A DNA stretch of 64,000 bases from Leptolyngbyaceae cyanobacterium. GTDB lineage: Bacteria > Cyanobacteriota > Cyanobacteriia > Phormidesmidales > Phormidesmidaceae. The DNA lies in contig CBDHHL010000056.1 in assembly GCA_965263355.1 (NCBI GenBank), positions 704,001 to 768,000 on the forward strand. Reading direction: 5' to 3'. The stretch's first letter is position 1. Each line of letters opens with the position of its first letter. The notes below the pieces were generated by a model. It was not told where the DNA came from and did not search any database. It was given only the letters and a program-made list of their open reading frames with translations. The translations under genes and the position numbers were made by a program. This document shows, in pieces, positions 9,105 to 18,050 of this stretch.

Positions 9105-9989
9105 ATGGATATTCTATCGCTCCGTTTATTTCTGAGAATCGCAGAGCTGAGTGGGGTCACCGCAGCAGCGCAAGACCTTTCGCTCTCCCCCGCCAGTGCC
9201 AGCGCCCGTCTGGTCAAGCTGGAAGAAACCATAGGGATTCGTCTGTTCAACCGAACGACCCGCGCCGTGTCTTTGACCACCGATGGCGAGGCGTTTTTGC
9301 CCTATGCCCAAGAGATGATTACAACGCTGGAAACGGGCCTCAGTGCCGTTAAAGGGGAGGATGCAAAGGCTAAGGGAATATTGAGAATTACCATGCCAGG
9401 TTCCTTTGGCCGGATGTATATCATTCCCACCCTGGCTGAATTTCATGCCCGCCATCCCCTAGTCAGTCTGGATTTGCGTCTATCCGATGCAGTTTTGGAT
9501 GTTGTTGAAGGGGCCTATGACCTAATTATTCGCAATGCACCGTTGGTGGATAGCAGCTTAATTGTGCGCAAACTGGCCTCTGATCGGCGTATTCTCGTGG
9601 CTTCTCCTGACTATCTCGAACGATATGGCGAGCCGACCACACCTGATGATTTGCTAAATCATCAATGCGTCTGTCTTGCTGGAGCAACTAAATGGGCGTT
9701 TGAAAATGGACAAACGGTAAGCGTTCCGCGATCGTTCGTGATTAATGACGGTGAGGCGCTACGCAAGATGGTTGAGCAGGGCCTGGGAATTGGCATCAAG
9801 TCGCTGTGGAATGCTAGCGACAGCTTGAAAGCTGGGCGGCTAGTCGAAATCATGACAGAATTTCCCCTTACTACCAACACTGCAATTTGGCTCTTGTACC
9901 CCAGTCGCCGGATCATGGCTCCGAAAGTTCACGCCATGATTGATTTTTTGATTGAACAATTCCAGCCTGTTCCACCTTGGGAGGGCTAA
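9105..9989 (+). CDS. LysR-family transcriptional regulator, divergent from the redox operon
   Basis: N-terminal HTH (AAAQDLSLSPASASARL..LE..IG.RLF.RTTR) plus substrate-binding domain. Confidence 0.92.
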   Translation: MDILSLRLFLRIAELSGVTAAAQDLSLSPASASARLVKLEETIGIRLFNRTTRAVSLTTDGEAFLPYAQEMITTLETGLSAVKGEDAKAKGILRITMPGSFGRMYIIPTLAEFHARHPLVSLDLRLSDAVLDVVEGAYDLIIRNAPLVDSSLIVRKLASDRRILVASPDYLERYGEPTTPDDLLNHQCVCLAGATKWAFENGQTVSVPRSFVINDGEALRKMVEQGLGIGIKSLWNASDSLKAGRLVEIMTEFPLTTNTAIWLLYPSRRIMAPKVHAMIDFLIEQFQPVPPWEG

Positions 9990-10187
9990 TAAAGTAGCAA
10001 GTAATATCTCTGTTATATTGCCTCCCTCAATAAATCTCAAGCTCACTTACAACAACCCCACACTCTACAAGATGGGTGGCTTTCCTAATTGGGCTCCCCA
10101 AAACTGTCCAGAGTGTTGACGTTGGAGGAGTTTAGAAAATTATTAATTATTAAAGATGTAAGTGATTAACCTAAAGCTTCTTATGCC

Positions 10188-10197
10188 GCATAACATA
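10188..10197 (+). other. Left (R'') half of an attC site split by the IS110 element
   Basis: GCATAAC(ATA); joins the arm at 12092-12173 to rebuild a full attC. Confidence 0.65.
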
Positions 10198-10471
10198 GGC
10201 CCTGAGGCGGACGAGGTCAATAGCAAAGGCTAAAATTCTTTTTCTGCTTTAGCTTTAGCGCGGATTCAGACGTTCAAAATTGACCTAATAGTCAGGTGTT
10301 CAGGGAGACTGAACCTGCGCTATTAGATGGGGCTGCGTTGCTGAATGATCATTGATACGGGTTAGCTGTTCATAAGATATTTCTCCAAGTGACTGCATAG
10401 AGTGCTCGATCTTGTTTTGGTTGTTACTGTTTTTATTGCTTGTTTTCAAGTGCAATTTGTTCTTCTTGCAC

Positions 10472-11755
10472 TTATTGTTTAGGTTGTTGTTGAACGCCTA
10501 ATAGCTTTACTAGTGGTGATTTTTTACGTCTCAGTGCAGCCAGATATTTCTCCTCGTCATAGGGTACACCATCTTGCCAACAACGCCAGAGAATTCTCCC
10601 CCACTTATAGGCCAAGGCTCGAATCGCTTTTTGATGTGACTTACCCTTTAGTCGTTGTTGTTGATAAAACGCTTGTGACCAAACCGAGCGAGGCCTGGCA
10701 TGAGCAACCCACTCGACAAAGGTTTGTCTTAGAAAGATGGGGCAAGACCAACGCCAATGAACCCATCGCTTTTTGCCACTCTCTTCTTTGACTGGCGCGA
10801 TGCCAATGTAACTCAAAAAAGACTGAGCGCAATTAAAGCGAGTTCGGTCTTCACCAAAGGCCGCTAACAATCGTGGCGCTAAATGAGGCCCAGCCCCTGG
10901 CAATGCCTTAAAAAGTTCTGCATCCGGCAGCGATTCAAATAACGAGGCAATTTGACGCTCAAACACAATCAATTGCGACAAGACTACTTTCAATAAAGCG
11001 ACTAAGCCTTGCATTAACGCTTGGGCTGGAATGGTGATAGCGTCGTCTCGCGTCAAGGGTGGCCCAGCGTCTTGAATTTGCTGAGTTCGCCGTTGAATCG
11101 TGGTTTTGCGAATGATGTGATGGCTACGAAAGAAGTCTCTCAAGACATCAGCTGTAGCAGCTTGAGCCTCTTGTAAATTGGGAAACTGTTCAAGGAATTC
11201 ACAAAACGCAATGGTGTCTTTATCTTCAAACCAGTCGAGCACTTGAGGAAAATAGGATTTGAGTGCGGCGGTGATCCGATTCGTCAGCCGGACCTTCTCA
11301 CCCACTAACATGCGACGGGACTCAACCCATTGTCTCAATGCACGATGCTTCGGACAACCTGATGTCCAGATATCAAGTTTTTCACCATGTTTTTGCATCA
11401 ATTCGACGATCAGTTTGGCATCGATGGGATCCGATTTGGCCCGCGAGGGCTGAAACGCTTTGCGATAGTTCGCGACCGTTCGAGGATTAACGGGCACCAG
11501 CACCAAATTCTCGTATTGACATAGGCCATAAAGGAGGGGGCCGCGTTTCTGCTCCAACCCAACCAGCAACTTGGACTCTCCATAGGTTTTTCGTAAGCGA
11601 TTGACCCAATCTGCAATGGATTGGGGCTTGGATTGAATCGTGCAATGCTCCCAGGTTTCGTTCTGGCAGTCATAGAGCGCAATATCATGTTTACGATCTG
11701 CCCAGTCAATCCCGATATAAGCCGCATATGCTGTTGGACTTTGATTGAGTTTCAT
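10472..11755 (-). CDS. IS110-family (DEDD/RuvC plus Tnp serine) transposase/recombinase
   Basis: IGIDWAD, GLEQ, KSDPIDA, LPGAGPHLA and GIAPVKEESG motifs; 427 aa, intact. Confidence 0.95.
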   Translation of the reverse strand: MKLNQSPTAYAAYIGIDWADRKHDIALYDCQNETWEHCTIQSKPQSIADWVNRLRKTYGESKLLVGLEQKRGPLLYGLCQYENLVLVPVNPRTVANYRKAFQPSRAKSDPIDAKLIVELMQKHGEKLDIWTSGCPKHRALRQWVESRRMLVGEKVRLTNRITAALKSYFPQVLDWFEDKDTIAFCEFLEQFPNLQEAQAATADVLRDFFRSHHIIRKTTIQRRTQQIQDAGPPLTRDDAITIPAQALMQGLVALLKVVLSQLIVFERQIASLFESLPDAELFKALPGAGPHLAPRLLAAFGEDRTRFNCAQSFLSYIGIAPVKEESGKKRWVHWRWSCPIFLRQTFVEWVAHARPRSVWSQAFYQQQRLKGKSHQKAIRALAYKWGRILWRCWQDGVPYDEEKYLAALRRKKSPLVKLLGVQQQPKQ

Positions 11756-11798
11756 TGTGCTAAATTGAGGGTGTTTTTGTTTGACGGAGAGTCTGCCA

Positions 11799-12066
11799 CC
11801 AGTCGCCTTGCGAAGTGATTATGGAAAGGGTTATTTCCCTGCTCCCTGAGGATTCGTTGGGCAGCGATTGGACTGGCTTGAAGGGCGATTCGATATGTTA
11901 GTAGTCATCTTCTGACTGGCGCTGCATAGTCGTCCCCCCAAGCTAGCAGATTCTCTCCTTTCTTGACTCTATGCTTTTTTCCAGATTTAGAACATCTAAA
12001 GGGAGGAGCGATACGATATGTTAGTAGACATCTATACTGTCGTCCAATGCATAGTCGTCTCCTCCC
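11799..12066 (-). ncRNA. Putative bridge/guide RNA: two target-binding loops (12001-12066, 11876-11943) and one donor-binding loop (11799-11876)
   Basis: Three stem / internal loop / hairpin modules. Loop strands match the attC flank and the element ends. Confidence 0.65.
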
Positions 12067-12091
12067 GTTTTTCTATGCTCGTCCCCCCATA

Positions 12092-12173
12092 AATCCCAAT
12101 GCACACCGACCATACAAAGGTTGAATTCTTAGAACTCAATTTTGGTGACGGCGGGTGATTGGGAACGTTTTCT
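12092..12173 (+). other. Remainder of the split attC (L'', central arm, L', R')
   Basis: TCCCAATGCACACCGAC pairs with GCGGGTGATTGGGAAC, with extrahelical bases; R' GTTTTCT. Confidence 0.7.
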
Positions 12174-12393
12174 AGGTTTGTTCTAATTCTTCTAATAACG
12201 TTTCGATAGCTTGCAGCTTACTTTCATACTGCTGTACCCGATAAGTTAACTCATACTTTGCTTCTGAGTCTGACTTAACTGTTAGTTCCTGCTTCAGCCA
12301 CTTTAACTTTTTTCGAATCTCCTGATACTCTTCTTCAAGATCTTCACGTTTTTGTTGAATGCGTCTTTGAGCAGCTGTTGAAGAAAAAGACAT
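12172..12393 (-). CDS. Small coiled-coil protein resembling cyanobacterial effector-associated (EAD9-like) N-terminal domains
   Basis: RRIQQKREDLEEEY..IRKKL..L..EL....D...KYEL...VQ pattern; family assignment from memory only. Confidence 0.35.
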   Translation of the reverse strand: MSFSSTAAQRRIQQKREDLEEEYQEIRKKLKWLKQELTVKSDSEAKYELTYRVQQYESKLQAIETLLEELEQT

Positions 12394-12959
12394 GGTAGTT
12401 GCTCCTAGGGAGACTGGTTCCGCCTGATGGGATGATTCAGCCAAAACGCTTGTAATTCAAGGGATACAGCCGCTTTAGAAGAAGATCATTCAAACCGTTA
12501 CTCTATAGGCCTTTCAGGCATTTTTCCCATTACACAGAGCCAGTGCCACAGATTGCCAAAGAGCTAAATTTGAACAAAGATAATATTCAGAAAAGGAGAA
12601 TCTTTTCTTAAATCAGATAACAAAATAATTATGGTTAGGGTATCCACTCAAGCCGGGAAATTCTGGTTAAGTAGGAATCTAGAATCCAGGAGCCAGAATT
12701 TAGAAGGGATATGGTTTCTGACTCCTGACTTCTGACGTCTATCCTTAGGAAAACTTCCCGCTTTAAGTTGGTACCCTATGGTTATTACCATAGGTTTATT
12801 AAGACGTAGACTGTTGACTGGGTTAAGTAGTGACGCAGAGTTCATACATTTTTGACAGTATCTGGACAATTGATGGGTACAGCTGTCATAACTAGTGGGG
12901 ACACGGTCAAAACCCTCTATATCCTTTTAATTTTTGGGAGTTTTCAATCCAAAAAACCT

Positions 12960-13811
12960 ATGCCCACCCTGTATGTTTCAGACCTTGATGGCACTCTACT
13001 TACTCCCACAGCCAACCTCTCTACTTACACCAGAGACACCCTAAATCGCTTACTTGCCGATGGCCTGCCTTTTACCGTAGCCACCTCCCGCAGCGTTAGT
13101 TCTATAGGCCCTATCTTTCAGGGGGTGTCGCCGCTACCATTGCCGGTAATTGAACTCAATGGTGCCTACATTACTGACCTGGCTACAGGACAGCATTTGA
13201 TTGTTAATGATATTGCCACGGATCTGGCGACTGAAGTGCTTAGCTTGGTACAGTCCTGGGAGATTAAACCGCTAATTTCTAGTGATAACGGTCAAGCTGA
13301 CCATGTGTATTTCACCACGGATGTAAACCCCGGCATCCAATGGTATATCGATGATGCCGACCGCAATGAAGATGGCCGCTGGCACTGCTGTGCCGATCTG
13401 ACACAAATTTTGGATGAACAGATCATGCGGTTTACTTTGATTGATACCAAAGAGCGGTTGACTGAGCTAGAACAGGCGTTGAAAAAACATTTTCCCGACT
13501 GCCTTGATATGCATCTATTTGAAAACCCCTATCAGCCAGACTGGTACTGGTTGACTTTACAAGACCAGCAGGCGACAAAAGCCAATGGTATTTGCAAACT
13601 GCAAGAACTTTACGACCTGCACGATCACGATTTGACGGTATTTGGGGATCACAACAACGACATCTCGATGTTCAAACTGGCGAACGCAGCCGTAGCTACG
13701 GCGAATGCTACCCCCGAACTGCAGAAACATGCAACCGAAATCATTGGTCACCACAGTGAAGATAGCGTGGTGAAATATTTGGAATCCCGTTGGTCAATGG
13801 TGAATGTCTAA
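12960..13811 (+). CDS. Cof-type HAD-IIB hydrolase
   Basis: SDLDGTLL, TVATSR, KANGI, FGDHNND motifs. Confidence 0.9.
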   Translation: MPTLYVSDLDGTLLTPTANLSTYTRDTLNRLLADGLPFTVATSRSVSSIGPIFQGVSPLPLPVIELNGAYITDLATGQHLIVNDIATDLATEVLSLVQSWEIKPLISSDNGQADHVYFTTDVNPGIQWYIDDADRNEDGRWHCCADLTQILDEQIMRFTLIDTKERLTELEQALKKHFPDCLDMHLFENPYQPDWYWLTLQDQQATKANGICKLQELYDLHDHDLTVFGDHNNDISMFKLANAAVATANATPELQKHATEIIGHHSEDSVVKYLESRWSMVNV

Positions 13812-15117
13812 AGCTAAATCCTCTGATAACTTATCCGGCAGCTCATCTGATAAATCCTCTGATAAAGTACCTAAGCGTTTGTCGATACATACCAAATTAG
13901 CCAAACGTAAAAAACGCTGGCGCTATTGGGCATTGGCTATGGCGACGGTATGGTTAGTGCTGGCCTGTTGGCAGGCTCCGACAGTCAAACTGGCCAACAG
14001 CAACCAGATTCGAGGGGTGTGGATGACCAATGTGGCGGCGGCCATAAACTACTTTAGCTTTCGTTTAGATGATGCGGTGGCCAATCTAGCGGAGCATCGG
14101 ATCAATACTCTTTACCCCAGTGTTTGGAACCAGGGATATACGCTGTACCCTAATCAGGTGACAAAACAGGCGGGGGGGACGTGTTGCGATCGCATTGCCA
14201 ATGTTCCGTTCTACCCCTTTGACGACATTCTCCATAGCCTCACCCGTCAGGCCCATCGCCATAATATGCGTCTGATCCCCTGGTTTGAATACGGTCTGAT
14301 GGTTCCCGCAACATCCCCCGTTGCCAGAGCCCACCCCGAGTGGTTAACCACTAACCGCACAGGAGAGATTATCCCAGCCCCCCTATCTCCTCACCCCCTA
14401 TTTCCTAAACCCCTGCAAAATTTCCAAATGGAAATTACCGGTGGCAATATTGCCTGGCTCAACCCCATGCACCCAGAGGCTCGACAGTTTCTCATCGATC
14501 TAATTGTCGATGTGGTTAAACGCTATCCCGTCGACGGAATTCAGCTAGATGACCACTTTAGCCTGCCCATATCCATGGGCTACGATCCTTACTCAGTCCA
14601 GCTTTACCAGGACAGCCATGGAGGTGCACTACCCCCAGATGATCCTAGCGCCCCAGATTGGATAGCCTGGCGGGCCGATTTTATTACGTCACTATTAACC
14701 GAGATTACCCAAGCCGTAAAACAAGTAAGGCCAGACGCCATCATTTCAGTTTCTCCCAACCCACCTGGGTTTGCCTATCGCAAGTATCTCCAGGACTGGG
14801 TTAACTGGGTTAATCTGGGCATCGTCGATGAAGTGGTCGTACAGCTATATCGCGATGACCTAACCATCTTTGAAAACGACCTATACAACAGCGGATTTCA
14901 TAACCTGCGCAATCAGGTCCCCATTGCCATTGGTCTCTATACAGGTCCAATGGAGGCCGCCAAAGACTTTAATCGTACAGTGGATGAGATTTCAGCTGTA
15001 CAACAGGCAGGCTATCGCGGGGTTGCTTTTTTCTCGTGGGAAACAACATTCTGGATGATGAAAAAAGCCTCTGACTTAGAAGTGAGACAAACCTTAGAAA
15101 GGTTATTTCAGTCTTAG
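13804..15117 (+). CDS. Glycoside hydrolase family 10-like (DUF187) protein
   Basis: IRGVWMTN, WNQGYTLYP, IPWFEYG, WLNP.HPE, DGIQLDDHF motifs. Confidence 0.9.
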   Translation: MSKAKSSDNLSGSSSDKSSDKVPKRLSIHTKLAKRKKRWRYWALAMATVWLVLACWQAPTVKLANSNQIRGVWMTNVAAAINYFSFRLDDAVANLAEHRINTLYPSVWNQGYTLYPNQVTKQAGGTCCDRIANVPFYPFDDILHSLTRQAHRHNMRLIPWFEYGLMVPATSPVARAHPEWLTTNRTGEIIPAPLSPHPLFPKPLQNFQMEITGGNIAWLNPMHPEARQFLIDLIVDVVKRYPVDGIQLDDHFSLPISMGYDPYSVQLYQDSHGGALPPDDPSAPDWIAWRADFITSLLTEITQAVKQVRPDAIISVSPNPPGFAYRKYLQDWVNWVNLGIVDEVVVQLYRDDLTIFENDLYNSGFHNLRNQVPIAIGLYTGPMEAAKDFNRTVDEISAVQQAGYRGVAFFSWETTFWMMKKASDLEVRQTLERLFQS

Positions 15118-15313
15118 TGCAGTATCCTGCAATGCCCCTACTGGGAGGGGGCACGGAAGGTAGGAATCTTAGCTAGTTCAGCAAAATCAGAAAACGTAAA
15201 TATAACTCAACAGCTTTTAAGGTTCATAGAAAATCAGACGGTTTACAGGCTGACTTCAGCCTAGATTAAGGCAGCATTTGTAACGTCTAAAGCAGGTATG
15301 TAATTTTTAGGCC

Positions 15314-17026
15314 ATGGGATTCTCTAAGGTCAAACGCTATGTCCTATGGTTAGCCCTAGGCTTGTCTTTAGCTATTTTTAGTTGCCAGCAGGCAGTATCG
15401 CGCCCTGCACCAGCGGTAGACGTCACACAATTGAGCGAACCACTTGTGCCGTTGAGTCAACCGGGGACCTGGGCTGAAGTCAGTCACCTGATTAGCTATG
15501 GTGATCGACTGTGGTTTGCCAATAGCATGGTTTTTAATAACCATAACTCTGCCGATATCTATAGTTATGGTCCCAGTAAGGGGGATACTCGCCTGGAGCA
15601 ACACCTATTTAGCCAAAGTACAGGGGAGCCAGTTGTGGCCAATGACCTGCTGTATTGGCCATTTGAAGACCCTCGTTTTTCAGCCGATATCGGGGAATAT
15701 ATGGTGACCAACGGTGACCAATGGCAATGGCATATTTTGCCTCAGGGTGAGGCCTTTCATGTGCATGCCATGGCTAGTTATGGTGATCAGCTTTGGGCTG
15801 CTACCGGAGCCTGGAGTGGCGGTGTTCAGCGTTCTACCGATGGTGGTAAAACATGGGAGTTGGTCTATACCTATCCCACACCAGCCAGGCGGGTGAGTCG
15901 TGTTACTAATTTAGTATCGCTAGACGATCGACTATTTGCTGAGATTATGGCTTTCCATGAGCGAGGCAGTAAAGTATTGCTGTGGCAGGAGGATACCTTT
16001 CAGCCTGTGGCTAGCTGGCCCAATGGCAAACGAGTTAAAGCCTTAACGGCTTTTCAAGGGCATGTGTATGGGGTTAACCAAAATCTAGACGATAGTTATC
16101 GGGTTTGGCGCACTGATGGTAAACGCACGGAACCGCTCACTGATCTAGATGGCCAGCTTGTGCGAGCATTTGTGGCGACAGAGGATACTTTGTGGGCCGT
16201 AAGCTCCGCCCAGGGTACTGGCTACCTGTGGCGTAGTCAGAATGGGTTGGAATGGACGGCGGTGCAGCACTTGAAAGACATGCGTCCATTGGATGTGGCT
16301 GTCCATGCTGGCAACGTTTATGTGGGGGGACGGGGTAATAATGGCCGGGGTGTTTTGTGGGGACCACCGTCTTCTAAAACTTTATCGTCTCAAACTGCAG
16401 CCCATGATAGTCAGAAAAAAACTAGCTCGCTGCCTGAACAACGCGTATCTCCCATTGACTCCCAGCAACAATTCTCGAATTTGACAGAGTTGGAGACTGT
16501 TCTGACGAGTCAATCCACCTACACTGATGGTAATGCTCAAGATGTGTTGGCTAAGGCATTAATGCCTGTGGCAATGGGCCATAAACCTGAGATTGGCGAG
16601 CAATTAACTGGTTATCTTGATCAACCCTTACCAGTTGAATCAGCTCAGTTATTTGCAGGAAATGCATCGGCATCGGCAACCCACGTAATGCAGTGGTATG
16701 TGCTGTGGGCGATGGGGCTAAATGGCCATGGTCAAGTACCTCTGGAAATTTTACAGGAACCCTGGACCGAAGCCGCTAACGACCGAGAGAAATATTGGCA
16801 TCCTGCTCCAGCCGCCGCATGGACGGTTGCACAGCTGGGTCAAGATGATGAGGCAACTATAGGGGCCATCATTGAACGGTTAACAACCCAAGACAATCCC
16901 CTTTGGCTAGTGGGAGATTTTGTCGGTGCTTTGCATACGCTGACGGATGAACAGTTTGGCTATGACATAACGGCATGGCGACAGTGGTGGACTGAGCAGC
17001 ATGAGAATAATTCATCAGATAACTGA
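15314..17026 (+). CDS. Hypothetical lipoprotein, probable beta-propeller plus helical C-domain
   Basis: Lipobox-like AIFSC; BNR-like RSTDGGKTW and RSQNGLEW. Confidence 0.6.
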   Translation: MGFSKVKRYVLWLALGLSLAIFSCQQAVSRPAPAVDVTQLSEPLVPLSQPGTWAEVSHLISYGDRLWFANSMVFNNHNSADIYSYGPSKGDTRLEQHLFSQSTGEPVVANDLLYWPFEDPRFSADIGEYMVTNGDQWQWHILPQGEAFHVHAMASYGDQLWAATGAWSGGVQRSTDGGKTWELVYTYPTPARRVSRVTNLVSLDDRLFAEIMAFHERGSKVLLWQEDTFQPVASWPNGKRVKALTAFQGHVYGVNQNLDDSYRVWRTDGKRTEPLTDLDGQLVRAFVATEDTLWAVSSAQGTGYLWRSQNGLEWTAVQHLKDMRPLDVAVHAGNVYVGGRGNNGRGVLWGPPSSKTLSSQTAAHDSQKKTSSLPEQRVSPIDSQQQFSNLTELETVLTSQSTYTDGNAQDVLAKALMPVAMGHKPEIGEQLTGYLDQPLPVESAQLFAGNASASATHVMQWYVLWAMGLNGHGQVPLEILQEPWTEAANDREKYWHPAPAAAWTVAQLGQDDEATIGAIIERLTTQDNPLWLVGDFVGALHTLTDEQFGYDITAWRQWWTEQHENNSSDN

Positions 17027-17138
17027 TAAAAGCTCATTTGAGGTTCAGCAAAATCTAAGATTAGAAAAAAGGGTTGATGCAAAGATACCTGTGGTGCTCA
17101 AGCGTAATACCCTCTAGCCCTTAGGAATTATCAGGCCC

Positions 17139-17980
17139 ATGAAAATTAAGTACCTTTCTACTCTTATTGCTGCCTCAATTGTTAGTGTTACCACTGTAAT
17201 TGCGCCTACTCAGTTTATTACTGCCCAAGCCAATCCTTGTGCAGCTACTGCCCAAGCTAACCCTTGCGCAGCGAATCCCTGTGCAGCGAATCCTTGCGCA
17301 GCTAACCCTTGTGCAGCTAACCCTTGTGCGGCGAATCCCTGTGCGGCGAATCCCTGTGCGGCTAACCCTTGTGCGGAATCCCTGTGCGGCTAACCCTTGT
17401 GCGGCGAATCCCTGTGCGGCGAATCCCTTGTGCGGCTAACCCTTGTGCGGCTAACCCTTGTGCGGCGAATCCCTGTGCGGCTAACCCTTGCGCAGCTAAC
17501 CCTTGTGCGACAGCAGCCAATCCTTGTGCAGCAGCGACAGCGTCTGATATCCCAGCTGTTTTTTCTGATCCTCAAGCGGACAACAATCTGGCGATCCGAG
17601 GCTATGACCCAGTAGCTTACTTTACAGCTGGTGCACCTGTTGAGGGGAGCAGCAGCTATGAGTATGAGTGGAATGGTGCTACCTGGCGTTTTTCTAGTGC
17701 CGCTAATAAAGCACTGTTTGCGGCTAATCCCGAAACCTATGCACCTCAGTATGGTGGCTATTGTGCTAAGGCCTTAAGTGAAGGCAATATTGCTTCAACC
17801 GTGCCTGAGGCCTGGGATATCGTTGATGGCAAGCTTTATCTAAATTACAGTCTGGATGTGCAGAAACAGTGGAAGGGAGATGTGCCTGGTAACATTGCTA
17901 AGGCTAATGCCCTATGGCCGAATATTCTAAATACTTCCAATGTTGTGTACTACGACACCGTTGGGGCTGTTTATTTCTAG
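17139..17980 (+). CDS. Exported YHS-like domain protein with ANPCA repeat tract (two frameshifts inside the repeat, probably errors)
   Basis: Signal peptide; about 19 NPC units across three frames; AIRGYDPVAYF...PQYGGYCA...VDGKLYLNY domain. Confidence 0.8.
17229..17532 (+). repeat. 15-bp coding tandem repeat (ANPCA)
   Basis: GCNAAYCCYTGYGCN repeated about 19 times. Confidence 0.95.
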
Positions 17981-18050
17981 GTGGCTCATCTCTCGCTAGA
18001 GACAAGATTTTGTCGGAGGGCACAGCTATGTCCCCCGACAGTTTCTCTCT

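Larger units (their letters stand above)
10198..12091 (-). mobile_element. IS110-family element with long structured non-coding ends, inserted in an attC site
   Basis: Contains the transposase at 10472-11755. CATA occurs at both junctions (10194-10197, 12088-12091). Flanks reconstitute an attC. The right-end octamer CCCTGAGG (10200-10207) recurs in an internal loop (11844-11851). Confidence 0.75.

Noticed and set aside
10389..10401. IS1111-type sub-terminal inverted repeat (GCATAGA versus TCTATGC at 12072-12078) defining the right end
   Set aside because: The match is only 7 bp. The end at about 10198 is better supported by attC reconstruction, the donor-loop match and the -35 position.
11876..12066. 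Mini-CRISPR or assembly duplication as the explanation of the two IS110 loops
   Set aside because: Copies are diverged with stems that still pair, and the variable part is an internal-loop strand matching the insertion site.
12690..12740. Heptamer-like repeats (also 58940-59010)
   Set aside because: Ordinary cyanobacterial short tandem repeats.
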